Assembly: GCA_965222375.1 (NCBI GenBank) | Contig: CBDCTZ010000005.1 | Span: 192,001-256,000, forward strand | DNA length: 64,000 bases | Direction: 5' to 3' | Origin: Polyangiaceae bacterium | Lineage (GTDB): Bacteria; Myxococcota_A; Polyangia; Polyangiales; Polyangiaceae | In this document: in pieces, positions 38,746 through 49,340 of the stretch | Layout: each line of letters starts with the position of its first letter | How positions within the stretch are numbered: the stretch's first letter is position 1 | Notes under the pieces: model-generated | Database searches by the model: none | What the model was told of the DNA's origin: nothing | The model's input: only the letters and a program-made list of their open reading frames with translations | Made by a program: the position numbers and the translations under genes

Positions 38746-41022
38746 ATGAAGACGGCGCGGGGTGTTGGGTCGGTACTGGCGGCGCTCTGCTTGCTCGTAC
38801 CGGTGTTTTCGAGCTGCGGCGACGACGGCGGGGGCACGGCGAGCAACGCGGGAACCGGAGGCGGCGGCACTGGCGGAAGTGGCGGCGCGTCCGGAGACTC
38901 CTCGGTCACCCTCGACTCGAGTTCGTGCCCGACGGGCACGCCTTGCGGCGATGCGGGCGTCTGCGCAGGCGGCGTGTGTTGCGAGAAGGAAAGCGCCTGC
39001 GGCGACAACTGCTGCGCAAATTCAGAGGTGTGCTCCTTCCAGAAGTGCGTCACGCCCGGCAAGAAGTGCACTGAGAGCGCGGACTGCGCCAGCGGCGAGT
39101 ATTGCGAGCTGGCACTGGGCGATACCAAGGACAGCGGTGGCCCGCCCAGCGACGCTGCCAGCTGCACCACTGGGTTCATCGTCGCAGAGGGCAAGTGTTT
39201 GCCCGAACCGCCCGTGTGCACCGGCGCCGAACCTGGGCCAGATTGCTTGCCCAAGTGCGAGCGCCCGCCCATCACCGCCGCCTTCGACCCGGAGGTGACC
39301 TACACCTGGGGCGGCGTCACGGCTCCGCCCTATAGCAGTGACGTGATGATGACGCCGATCGTCGTTCAACTCGACGACGACAACTGCGACGGCAAGATCA
39401 CTGCACTGGACATCCCGGAGATCGTCTTCAACACCTTCGCCAGCGGCGGCTACACCAAGATCGGCACGCTGCACGCCATCTCGATCGTGAATCAAAAGGT
39501 CGTGGACAAGTGGAGTGTTCCCGGCATCGTCAATGCATCGAGCGAGCTGGCCGGTGGTAACATCGACGGCAACCCGGGCAATGAGATCGTGGGCTGCTCC
39601 GGCAACACGGTCTCCGCTTTCGATGGGGCCGGCAAGAAGCTCTGGACCAGCCCGACCATCAGCTGTCGGGCGCCTGCCCTGGCGGATCTAGAGGGCGACG
39701 GCAGCGTGGAGGTCGTAGTCGAAGGCGGGATTCTGAATGGCAAGGACGGAACCCTCAAGCACGCGTTTTCACCAGGCCTCAGCGTACCCTCGGTTTCGGA
39801 TCTGGACGGCGACGGCAAGCTCGACGCAACCGACGGGCGCCGGGCCTATCGCGCAGATGGCACGGAGTTGGCCGACAGCGGCCTGGCATCCTCCTGGTCT
39901 GCAGTCGGGGATCTGGATCAAGACGGCAAGCCGGAGATCATCGGCATCAATCCTTCGAGCGGCGCTCGCACCATGCATATCTGGCGCGTCACTGCTGCAG
40001 CGCCCGGCTTCGAGGTCGTGCGCGCGCCCTTCGACATTCACGAGACTGCGCCATCGAACCCCTGCGGCCACGCCTCTGGCGGCGGGCCGCCAACTATCGC
40101 GGACTTCAACGGCGATGGCTCGCCGGACGTGGCCTTGGCGGGCTCAATCGCCTACGTGATCTTCGACGGCAAGAAGCTCATGACGCCGGCGACGCCCACG
40201 GCATCGACACTACTGTGGCAGAGCGTGACCCAAGACTGCTCGTCGGCCGCGACCGGCAGCTCGGTCTTCGATTTCAACGGCGACGGCAAGGCCGAAGCCG
40301 TGTACTCCGACGAGATCTACCTACGGATCTACGACGGCGCGACCGGCAACGAATTGTGGAAGACCTGCAATACGACGGGCACGCTGATCGAGTACCCCGT
40401 GATTGCCGACGTGGACAACGACGGCCAAGCCGACATCGTGGTGGCCTCCAATGCCTACGCCTTCAATTGCGGCGGCACCAAACAGAGCGGGATCCGCGTC
40501 ATCCAGAGCAAGAGCAAGTCCTGGGTGCGCACACGCCGCGTCTGGAACCAGCACACTTATCACATCACCAACGTCGACGAGGACGGCAGCATCCCCACGA
40601 AGGAAGCAACCAACTGGACCGTCCCGGGGTTGAACAACTTCCGTCAGAACAAGCAGCCGGGCGCGGAACTCGCAGCGCCGGATGCCACGATCACCGTGCG
40701 CGCCCGCTGCGGGGGCGCCTTCGGCGTGTTGGTGGAAGTCCGCAACCTGGGCTCCGCGCCGCTGCCGCCGGGCATGCCCGTGGAGCTCTTTTCTGGAACG
40801 CCGCCCGCTGGCACTTCCTTGGCCACAGCCAAAACGACCGTCCCACTCTACGCCGCACAGGCCGAGGTCCTCTCCATCGACCTGCCGTCCGCGCCCGCTG
40901 ACGTTCAAAGCGGCGCGACTCCCGTGTACGCGGTGATCACTCCGCCAGCGGGCGTGCTGGAGTGTCGGACGGACAACAACACGTCGGATCCGGTCGCCGC
41001 CGTGTGCGGCCAACCGCGCTAG
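38746..41022 (+). CDS. FG-GAP/VCBS repeat lipoprotein with CARDB-like C-terminus
   Basis: Repeated DxDGDG motifs; Cys-rich N-terminus; WNQHTYH; ECRTDNN. Confidence 0.9.
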   Translation: MKTARGVGSVLAALCLLVPVFSSCGDDGGGTASNAGTGGGGTGGSGGASGDSSVTLDSSSCPTGTPCGDAGVCAGGVCCEKESACGDNCCANSEVCSFQKCVTPGKKCTESADCASGEYCELALGDTKDSGGPPSDAASCTTGFIVAEGKCLPEPPVCTGAEPGPDCLPKCERPPITAAFDPEVTYTWGGVTAPPYSSDVMMTPIVVQLDDDNCDGKITALDIPEIVFNTFASGGYTKIGTLHAISIVNQKVVDKWSVPGIVNASSELAGGNIDGNPGNEIVGCSGNTVSAFDGAGKKLWTSPTISCRAPALADLEGDGSVEVVVEGGILNGKDGTLKHAFSPGLSVPSVSDLDGDGKLDATDGRRAYRADGTELADSGLASSWSAVGDLDQDGKPEIIGINPSSGARTMHIWRVTAAAPGFEVVRAPFDIHETAPSNPCGHASGGGPPTIADFNGDGSPDVALAGSIAYVIFDGKKLMTPATPTASTLLWQSVTQDCSSAATGSSVFDFNGDGKAEAVYSDEIYLRIYDGATGNELWKTCNTTGTLIEYPVIADVDNDGQADIVVASNAYAFNCGGTKQSGIRVIQSKSKSWVRTRRVWNQHTYHITNVDEDGSIPTKEATNWTVPGLNNFRQNKQPGAELAAPDATITVRARCGGAFGVLVEVRNLGSAPLPPGMPVELFSGTPPAGTSLATAKTTVPLYAAQAEVLSIDLPSAPADVQSGATPVYAVITPPAGVLECRTDNNTSDPVAAVCGQPR

Positions 41023-41031
41023 CTCGCGGGC

Positions 41032-42735
41032 TCAGATCCCGTGCACATAACCCAGGGAGGGTTCGAACACCTGGCCACTGGTGGGCAGCATCTGCATGAC
41101 GTTGACGTTGAACTGCAAGCCGCTGTCGGGGCTGAGGGCGTAGACGATGCCGCCGTGTACCCCGACGAAGGTCTTGCCCAGCTTCTTGTAGGCATCGAGC
41201 TCGAGTTCGACGCCGTTTTGGCTGCCGGTCGAACACGCCTGATAAAAGGACTGGTCTTGGGGAGTGGTGGCCCCCGGATCACTTGGGGAGCTGGGCGTGC
41301 CGGCACAATCCGCCACCTTCAGGGGTAGCTTGGCGTCAACCTGGGCAGCTCCCCCGCCCACGCCGATGTAGGGTCGAAAACCCTCGTTCGAGAACGGGCT
41401 GTCACCGAACCAGTACGAGACTCGCAGCTCGGCGTGGAAGGGGAAGAATTTCACGACCTCCTTTTTGACGCCGGCCGGCGGACCGCCGCCAAAGGCGTAG
41501 CCCACCCGCGCGCCCAGGGAGACGTTCTCCCCGAACACTTGGTCGAAGGAGATCAGCGCACGAAACGTTGCAGGCGCGATGCCAGAGCTGATGTTGTTCG
41601 CGAAGTCGGGATTGGGGTCGAAGCGATACACTTCTTCCGTGTCTGCGTAGAAGCAGGCAAAGCCCTTGTCTTGCTGACTGTCCAAGGAACAGACATCGTC
41701 ACCCCCCACCAGGGCAAAGTCGTAGGCGAGATGCAGTCCGAGCCAGCTCTTCTTGAAAGGCCCGCCTTTCTTCTTCTTCTTGCTCACGCTGCAATAGCCG
41801 TCGACGCACTTGTTTCCGCCCGGGCAATCGTCGGTCACATCGCAGCTCTGCTGCTCCTCGCAGCTGCCTTCGACGCAGGAAAGCCCGCCATCACAATCAT
41901 CGTCCTCGGAACAGGAAGAGCCGGAAGCGGCCTTGGAACGTGAGCAGCGGCGAGGTGGGTCCCTGTCCGGAAACGCCGGAGGCTCCTCCTCCGTGTCTCG
42001 ATCGATCTCCATCTCCACGGGCTCGCGCTTTTGGCCGTAGGCTTCGACGATGTCACCGTCTGCATCGCGCCCCCGAACGTAAAACCGCAGATCACCACTG
42101 CGCCGGGTGGCCTGACATGGGATGGTGGCCTGGTAGGCGCCGCGCTTCTTGCGCATCTTGATGCGCTTCCAGGGCTTGCCTGGCGCCTTGTAGTTGAGGT
42201 CGAACTTCGTCGCCGCGCCGCCAACGGTGCAAGAGACGGGGATCGGGCGGCGGGTCTGCACCATGCTGACCTTGGGCGTGCAATCCATGCCCCCAACGTT
42301 GCCTTCGCCGCCACCTAGATCCACGCCCCCCGAGCTGCCACCACTGACGCCCACGCTCTTCTGGGCCTGCTTGAACATCTTCTTCGTCTTGACGGTCGCC
42401 AGCGCCGCGTCGAGAGCGATTCTAGGGTTGAGCTCGAGGGCCTTGACGAACGCTTTCTTGGCACCGCGAGGATCGTTTCGCCCGCTTCCGCGAACGATGC
42501 CGACATAGAGCCAGGCCTTGGCGAGCACGGGCTTGCTGCACTTCTTGGCACACGCCGCGATGGTGCCCAGCAGTACCGTCTCCGCTCGATCGAAATCCGT
42601 CTCGAGATAGTGCTTGTGGATCGCCGCCTCGATCTTTCGCTTCGCCGCTGCATCCCGAGGCGCGGCCACGGCGGGTCCCGCCGCTAGGGCGGCGACGGCA
42701 AGAATGAGCAGATAAAGCAGCTGCTTGCGATACAC
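41032..42735 (-). CDS. Secreted protein with TPR-like N-terminus, Cys-rich linker and C-terminal beta-barrel
   Basis: Signal peptide; AWLYVG...AFVKALELNP; amphipathic strands at the C-terminus. Confidence 0.8.
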   Translation of the reverse strand: MYRKQLLYLLILAVAALAAGPAVAAPRDAAAKRKIEAAIHKHYLETDFDRAETVLLGTIAACAKKCSKPVLAKAWLYVGIVRGSGRNDPRGAKKAFVKALELNPRIALDAALATVKTKKMFKQAQKSVGVSGGSSGGVDLGGGEGNVGGMDCTPKVSMVQTRRPIPVSCTVGGAATKFDLNYKAPGKPWKRIKMRKKRGAYQATIPCQATRRSGDLRFYVRGRDADGDIVEAYGQKREPVEMEIDRDTEEEPPAFPDRDPPRRCSRSKAASGSSCSEDDDCDGGLSCVEGSCEEQQSCDVTDDCPGGNKCVDGYCSVSKKKKKGGPFKKSWLGLHLAYDFALVGGDDVCSLDSQQDKGFACFYADTEEVYRFDPNPDFANNISSGIAPATFRALISFDQVFGENVSLGARVGYAFGGGPPAGVKKEVVKFFPFHAELRVSYWFGDSPFSNEGFRPYIGVGGGAAQVDAKLPLKVADCAGTPSSPSDPGATTPQDQSFYQACSTGSQNGVELELDAYKKLGKTFVGVHGGIVYALSPDSGLQFNVNVMQMLPTSGQVFEPSLGYVHGI

Positions 42736-42957
42736 GGGACGCTCTCTGGCGGTGATTGAACACCATTCTGACACCCGTTGTTGGGCAATTTGCGCCCGCA
42801 CTAGCCCTCCAGGCCGCAATCACGCCGCTCGCGGCGGGCCGACGCCACTTTCTGCGCCATTTGCGGGCAGCAGCGAACGCTACTTCGCAGCAATGAAGCA
42901 AGTTGGCCACCCAGCACTGCCGGGCGTCGCCAGCCCAGCCCCGACGGCCGCACAGGC

Positions 42958-43200
42958 TCAGTTGAAGACTTCAGTGCACTTGTTGCTCAGGCAAGCGTAG
43001 CCATTGGGCGTGGGACACGCTCCGCACACCACCCCACCAGCGTCGCAGTTCTGCTGGAACCACTGCAACTTGATGGGCGGGTCTTCGTGGGCCCACCACC
43101 CGAGCCGCCGCTGCCACTCGTGCCGCCGCTGCCACCGAACCCGCCAAGGCCCCCGATGCCGCCGCTGCCGCCCGCGTGGCCCAGTTCTAGAGTAGGCCCA
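42958..43200 (-). pseudogene. Fragment of a Gly/Cys-rich protein
   Basis: Gly tract and CGACPTPNGYACLSNKC lie in different frames. Confidence 0.4.
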
Positions 43201-43280
43201 GGTTGCCCCATCACCCCGTCGGGTATCGCGAAGCGCGTCGCTGGACCCCAAACCCCAACAAACCATTCTGGGCGGGCGCT

Positions 43281-44123
43281 TCACTCTTGCAAGAAAACCT
43301 TCAGCTCTTTGATCAGCGCCGGGCCGGACTCTCGGTGTAGGAAGTGACCGCCAGGCAGCACCACCACGCCGTAGCTGCCGGAATACCAGCGCCGCGCCGC
43401 TTCGTAGGCTTCCACGGGTAGGTTCGGATCGTCGGCGCCGGCAAAGCTCAGGGTTGGCATGGGCAGGGGCTTGGCGAGCCAACGCGGGATCTTTGGTGTG
43501 ATGGCGCGGTAGTAGCCGACGGCTGCATTCAGGCAGCCCGGCGCGGAAAAGGCGTTCTTGACGGCGTCGAGCTCCGCTGAGGAAAAGTCCCAGGTCGGTC
43601 CCCAGCGCCGAGTGAGCGTGTCGACCATCTCGAAGTCGTTCTTCGAAAAGCGCGCCACCGCACCCGGAAGTCGCAGGGTCATGAAGTGTCGGGCCAACCA
43701 GAGCAGCCCCAAGGACGGCTTGATGCTCGCGGGATGCGGGATCCCGACACCCACGAGCTTTTCGACCTTGTCCGGATCCAACGCGGCTGCGGCGTAGGCC
43801 GCCGAGGCACCCCAATCGTGTCCGACGACGATCGCGCTCTGCTCACCCAGAGCCTCGATCAAGGCGAGCACATCCTGTCCCTGGGTCTTCGCGTCGGTAT
43901 CGCGCTCGGGGATCTCGCTCGGAGCGTAACCCCGCAAGAAGGGCGTCACCACGCGATAACCTTCCGCGGCGATTGCGGGTCGCACTTCGTCCCAGGTGTG
44001 CGGCGTATCCGGAAAGCCGTGCAGCATCACGACCAGCGGCCCCTCGCCCTCCGAGAAGAAACCATGCCGCAGGCCATTGGCTTGGATGAACTCGACCCCT
44101 GACTCCTCGACGTATTTGCGCAT
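43281..44123 (-). CDS. Alpha/beta hydrolase (epoxide-hydrolase-like)
   Basis: LHGFPD, LRGY, GHDWGA, GHFLHRE. Confidence 0.93.
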   Translation of the reverse strand: MRKYVEESGVEFIQANGLRHGFFSEGEGPLVVMLHGFPDTPHTWDEVRPAIAAEGYRVVTPFLRGYAPSEIPERDTDAKTQGQDVLALIEALGEQSAIVVGHDWGASAAYAAAALDPDKVEKLVGVGIPHPASIKPSLGLLWLARHFMTLRLPGAVARFSKNDFEMVDTLTRRWGPTWDFSSAELDAVKNAFSAPGCLNAAVGYYRAITPKIPRWLAKPLPMPTLSFAGADDPNLPVEAYEAARRWYSGSYGVVVLPGGHFLHRESGPALIKELKVFLQE

Positions 44124-44145
44124 TCGTTCTCGGCTTTCTCCGGCT

Positions 44146-45267
44146 CTAGAGGCTCTTCGGTGCCCGGCGCACACTGCCAGTGCGAGTGAGCCAATACACA
44201 CAGTGGTCATCCACGACCACGGAGCTGGGCCCGGCGGCATCCGCGACGACCAGCTCTGGTGTGCCGCCCGCTGGGCCCAACTTGGCAACACGCATCAGCT
44301 GACCTGGCTGCGCCGCCTCGGCCTGGGACCAGTACACGAAGGACGCATCCGTCGCGATACCACTCGGAAACGGGAGCCCCTGAGCCAAGAAGATCGTCGG
44401 CGACTTGTCCTTGGGTGCACGCACGATGGTGCCGCAGGGAGTGCCGCAACTATCCGTGAAGAAAGTGTGGGGGCCGTCGAGCACGAAGTCCCCGATGGTC
44501 TGCGGTGAGCCAAGGGCGAAAAGAGTGTTGGCGCCGTGAGCTAGGACGCTGATTGGCCCGCCGGTCCGCGACCAGAAGATCCCTTGGTCATCGACACGGA
44601 TGTGGACCGGGTTGCCCACGCTCGCGGTGACGTGATCTGTCACGGCTCCGCCGCCCAAAGGCACGCGACGAAGCGCGGGCTGGCCATCGGTCCAATACAC
44701 CCGCCCGCCATACACCGCGACGAAGCGCGCTCCGGCCGCACTCGTGGCCAGGGTCGTGACCGCGCCACCGCTCTTGGCAACGCTGTGAACCCCCCGTCCG
44801 TCCGCGAACACCACGGTGTCGTCGAAGAGCGCCACGCCCCGCACGTCCGGATCCGCATCATTCGTCAGGATCTCCGTCGGCCCCCCACCTTTGAAGACTC
44901 GCCGCACACTGCCCACGCCAGTGACGGAAAAATAGACGAACTGTTCGTCGACGGCGAGCACGTCGGGAACACTCGTGGTCGCGAGCTGCCACTGCGCTAG
45001 TTGCGCGGCTGGCTCCCCCGGCTGACAAAACGCGACCGGAGCGACGCAGCGATTCTGCACGCACCTGCCGCTACAACACTCTTGCGCAGCCGCGCAAACG
45101 GCGTCGATGGAGCGGCACGCCACCGCGTCTGGCGATCCTCCGTCCCCGGGCAGCGCCGAGCCGTCACCCGCATCCGAGTTGGCCACGGTCTCGAGCAGCG
45201 GCGAGCGGGACCCGCAGCCGAAGCTCAAGAGGAAAACTCCCAGCCGCACACTGTGCCGGCGCGTCAT
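44146..45267 (-). CDS. Beta-propeller lipoprotein
   Basis: SFGC lipobox; repeated AVD..VYW...RVPK blades. Confidence 0.85.
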   Translation of the reverse strand: MTRRHSVRLGVFLLSFGCGSRSPLLETVANSDAGDGSALPGDGGSPDAVACRSIDAVCAAAQECCSGRCVQNRCVAPVAFCQPGEPAAQLAQWQLATTSVPDVLAVDEQFVYFSVTGVGSVRRVFKGGGPTEILTNDADPDVRGVALFDDTVVFADGRGVHSVAKSGGAVTTLATSAAGARFVAVYGGRVYWTDGQPALRRVPLGGGAVTDHVTASVGNPVHIRVDDQGIFWSRTGGPISVLAHGANTLFALGSPQTIGDFVLDGPHTFFTDSCGTPCGTIVRAPKDKSPTIFLAQGLPFPSGIATDASFVYWSQAEAAQPGQLMRVAKLGPAGGTPELVVADAAGPSSVVVDDHCVYWLTRTGSVRRAPKSL

Positions 45268-45524
45268 GACGGCAGCCTGCTGAGCCAGGCTATCGCCGTC
45301 AACGGTCGATTTGGTCGACTACCCACCTCTCCGTACGACAAGACGGCTGCGTTCGTTGCCTGCTTTGGCTTCTTGGCCTGCGCGGCCGACGTTCCGGTAG
45401 ACTTCTCCCCCAAACACCTCGCATCTGCAAAGGACCTGCTCGGAAGTCAGGACTTCTTGATCACCGCCTCGGGAGCATCGGGCAACCCGATCTCCGGCCG
45501 GGTGGACCCAGCGCGCCCCCGAGC

Positions 45525-45760
45525 GTGCATTCCTTCGGCGGCAAGCTGAGCGTGCTCGCGGGGTCTCTGGACCCACGGGTCAAAGCCGTGGTCGCGCTCG
45601 ACCAGGTCGACCCCGCCATGCTGCGCAACCCAACCGATTGCCCACACGCATCCGACAAGTTGCGGCTACCGATCCCAACGGCCTTCCTCGGTGAGACGCT
45701 GGACGCCAGTAGCGCGCTCCAAGCCTGTGCGCCCAAGGCCGACAACTTCGATACGTCTAC
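45525..45760 (+). pseudogene. Alpha/beta hydrolase fragment
   Basis: HSFGGK...DPRVKAVVALDQVD; both ends missing. Confidence 0.6.
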
Positions 45761-46104
45761 GCCAAGACGGCCGCACCGACTTTCCGTCCAGCGAAAGCCC
45801 AGGAGGCCCGCATGGGCGCGGTGCGTGCCGCCTTGCGCGAGTGGTTCGAAACCGACGGCCAGGAGAGCCTGCGCGCCCTGGCCATGGCGACCTTCGCCCT
45901 GCTGGCTCCCTTGGGCAAAGCGCACAGCACCAGGGCAGGCCGCCAGAGATGAGTCCTTGGAAAACCTAATCTGCGACCCCGGTCCGATCACCTGCGGCAA
46001 GACATGCTGTGATAAGGCGGACTGCGGTCCGCTGAATCGCGTCGAGCTGCCCGGCGGCTAGTTGACCTTGGACTTCTGCAAGCCGTAGCTGGTAGCCTAC
46101 AGGC

Positions 46105-47439
46105 GTGAGGATCGGGTCTACATCCCTCGGCGCGGTGCTGCTCATCGCGGGCTGTGGTGGCGACGACGAACCCGCGACGGCCTCGACAGGTGGCAGTGCA
46201 GGCTCCGGCGCCGCTTCGGGCGCCGCGGGCGGTGGCGGCCAGAGCGGTTCGTCGACAGGAGGGCAAGCGGGTAGCACGGGCGGCGCGGGCACGGGTGGTT
46301 CCTCGGCGCAGTGGCTTCGCAATGTGTACGGCAACCCGTGGTCCGCGACGTCGCTGCAAAACTGGAATATCGGCAGCTCCAAGAAACAGACTTGGTCCTA
46401 TCGTTTCGAAGCACCACGCCCGGGCACCATCGACGAGCTGCACATCTTCTTCGTCGCCAACCCATCCAACGGTAGCAAGACGGGATACGCCTCCGGCAAC
46501 GGCGGCACGGTCCGAGTGCAGCTGTGTCAAGACGACGGCAGCACCAACCACTTCCCTAAATGCGATGCCAATGCGCCATCAACGACGCTCAGCTTCCAGG
46601 TCGCAGATGGCAAACCGAAGCCCGGCGCGCCCAAGAGCGATCTGTTTCGGAAGATCCAGTTTGCGCCGGGGTTGAACGTGCAAGGTGGCGCGCTCTACCA
46701 CGCGGTGTTCAGCAACGTGGATGCCAACCCGGAGACCAATTGGATCGGTTTGGACGGGTTGACCGAAAAAGGCACCAGCACACCGTCCAGCGGACACCCT
46801 GGCTTCGATCGCTGGGCAGTGCTGCTCGGCGAGGGCGGCGGCTGGATGGATTGGTCCACCGGCTCCTCGTCGTCGGTGGTCAACACGCCGATTATGAGCG
46901 TGCTGTATGACGACCAATCGAGCTTTGGCTGTGGCTATATGGAAGTTTGGCCGAGTGACACCCAAAGCCGCAGCGTGAACACGACGGAAGGGGTGCGGGA
47001 GCGCTTCGTGGCCAGTCGGGACATCGCTGCCAGCGGTGTCAGCGTGCGCATCAAGCGGGTCGGAAGCGGCGGCGCTTTGAAGCTCTCCCTCGAAAACGCT
47101 GCGGACAAAGAGCTGTACTCGGTCAGAATCGATGCCAGCAAGATCGACGCGAATCGACACTCCTGGGTCACGGCGCCCCTACCCAAGCCCTGGATGATGA
47201 AGAGCGGCGCCGAGTATCGTCTGGTGCTGCGTGGGAGTGACGGCGGCGACTTCGTCGCGCATTGCATTCGTGACGGGGGCTCGTACCAATTCTCCAAGGA
47301 GTCCGTGTTCGCCGACGGCTACGCCGAGTTCGACCGCGGTGACGGCAAGGGTTTTCTGGGTTGGTACGGTTGGTCCACCTCCGGCAGCGCCAGCTACCAG
47401 GACGGCGATCTGCAGTTCTTTTTCGACACGAGCCCCTAG
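46105..47439 (+). CDS. Lipoprotein with Gly linker and beta-rich domain
   Basis: IAGC lipobox; Trp/Tyr-rich body. Confidence 0.85.
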   Translation: MRIGSTSLGAVLLIAGCGGDDEPATASTGGSAGSGAASGAAGGGGQSGSSTGGQAGSTGGAGTGGSSAQWLRNVYGNPWSATSLQNWNIGSSKKQTWSYRFEAPRPGTIDELHIFFVANPSNGSKTGYASGNGGTVRVQLCQDDGSTNHFPKCDANAPSTTLSFQVADGKPKPGAPKSDLFRKIQFAPGLNVQGGALYHAVFSNVDANPETNWIGLDGLTEKGTSTPSSGHPGFDRWAVLLGEGGGWMDWSTGSSSSVVNTPIMSVLYDDQSSFGCGYMEVWPSDTQSRSVNTTEGVRERFVASRDIAASGVSVRIKRVGSGGALKLSLENAADKELYSVRIDASKIDANRHSWVTAPLPKPWMMKSGAEYRLVLRGSDGGDFVAHCIRDGGSYQFSKESVFADGYAEFDRGDGKGFLGWYGWSTSGSASYQDGDLQFFFDTSP

Positions 47440-47494
47440 GGCGGGCGCGAAAGAGCCGGGAACCCGAGCCCGGCGGGGTGCAGGCACGCCGCCC

Positions 47495-48290
47495 TCAGGT
47501 GTAGTCGTTGCAGCGCACGTGCTTCGGGTAGTTCACGCTCTTGCTGCAATCGGCGATCTGTAGCCAGGTGACCATCGGCTCAGAGCGACTGTCCCGCTTG
47601 GTGCAGGTCGCCAGGCAGCCGAGGGACCAGCGACCATCGGCGCAGGTGGCGATGATGCGCCCGCAGTCCTTGCGGCCGCTCGGATAGGTGCAGGGGCCAC
47701 CGGGGGGTCGCGTGCAAGGGGCGCCCGCTCTGGGAGAAGAGTGCAGGCACTGTTGCATCGGCTCGCGCCGAACCAGCTCGATCAGCCACGCCCTTGTTGC
47801 TGCTTTGGCGCGCCAGCGCACGGACTTGCACAGTGACCTGCTCGCCGTGTCGGAAACTCATCAGCGCCTTTGGTGAACACGATCACGTCGCGGTCATCCA
47901 GTTGGTAGACGGCGTGCAGCGTTGGATCGTCGGACAGCACGATGTTGTCGCCCACGCACGGCTTGCACTTCGCTTTCGTCTGACACGGCAGGCACGTGTA
48001 GCGCTTGACCACATAGCCACGCAGGCGATGCACCGAAAGCGCATTGGGCCTGGCAGCGCGCAGCGCCGTGACAGTGAGCGCGCCACCCGGGTGTGCCGAC
48101 ACCCGACCGGCGGAAGCAACCAGGGGAACGCTAGCGGCAGGCGGCGCAGGGTGCGGGACCGCGCCAACCTCTGAAGCAGGCGCTTCGGCAGGCGGGGGCG
48201 CGGCCGGGGTGGGCGGCGCGGGCGAGCCGGCCCCTTGGCAGCCGAACAAGATCAGGGCAACGGCAACTACGCGCGCGCCTCAGCGTCGCA
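47495..48290 (-). pseudogene. Frameshifted Cys-rich lipoprotein
   Basis: LFGC lipobox, CLPC..CKPC; protein-like sequence continues in other frames near 47860 and 47790. Confidence 0.5.
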
Positions 48291-48591
48291 CGACCAACGC
48301 GCGTACGCGCGAGCCAATTGGATCATCCGAGGCGTTGGCCCAGCTGGGCCGCGGCGGCGTTCGGTGTCCCTTTCGCCTTGCCACAGGCAATCATTGGCAG
48401 TGGGAACTGACCACCGGTGAGGTTCCACCCGTCGTGATGTCGCCGGCAATGACCGAACGCGTTCCCCAACGCAAACTGTTCGTGGCCTATGTGCGCACCC
48501 TGGCCGAAGTCGGTTTGCTGGAATAGGCCGTTTTCCTGCGGCTCTCCAAACTAGCTAGCCGCTAGCGGCGTCGGCGGTGATACTGCGCGCC

Positions 48592-49242
48592 ATGAACGTT
48601 CGACTCAGTGGATCGGGGTGCATGGCGTCAGCGTTGCTGGCCGCCGGATTGGTGGCGACGCTCGGTTGCGACGATGCCGAGGACAAGAACAAGGCAGGCG
48701 CCAAGACAGCTGCGTCGGCCCCCGCCCCGGCACCCGAGCCGACCAAACCCAAAGCCAAGGAAGTCCCGAAGGACGTGAAAGACTTTCTAGCTTGGGTCGA
48801 AAAGGCCGGTCCCGAGATCGCCAAAGGGCCCAAGCCCGCCGACGATCACCCCGTGCTGGGCAAGATCACCTGCCAGGGCGAAAAGGAAGCCCCCGACTTC
48901 GGCTACTGCGGCTCCTCGAAGTCCGGCACGCCGCGCTTTGCCGCTCAGTGGCCGGAAAAAGAGCCCAAGATCTGGGCGACGCACATGATGCGCGACACGG
49001 CCATCACCTGGTTGGACTGCGGCAAACTCGGCAAGGCCTCGGTCCGCGACTCGGATCAAGGCAGCGTGGTGTCCTTCCGTTGCAAGCATTCGGCGGAGGA
49101 GGACCTGTGGCTGCGACACTTCGTGCCGGCGGGCGCGGCCCGTAACACCCAAGTGTGGGTCTTCAGTCGCGACTTCCCTCAGGACGATCCTGAAGCGGCC
49201 CACGCGCCGCGGCCCGCACTGTTCAACAAACTCAAAGAGTGA
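48592..49242 (+). CDS. Lipoprotein
   Basis: TLGC lipobox; Pro/Lys linker. Confidence 0.8.
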   Translation: MNVRLSGSGCMASALLAAGLVATLGCDDAEDKNKAGAKTAASAPAPAPEPTKPKAKEVPKDVKDFLAWVEKAGPEIAKGPKPADDHPVLGKITCQGEKEAPDFGYCGSSKSGTPRFAAQWPEKEPKIWATHMMRDTAITWLDCGKLGKASVRDSDQGSVVSFRCKHSAEEDLWLRHFVPAGAARNTQVWVFSRDFPQDDPEAAHAPRPALFNKLKE

Positions 49243-49340
49243 GCCCGCCGGCGGTCCGCCCACACGGGCTACCGCCCGCTCGGGGGAACCGACGACTTCT
49301 TCGCGCTCGATCCGGAGCCGACTCGAGGGCTGGGCGCCGC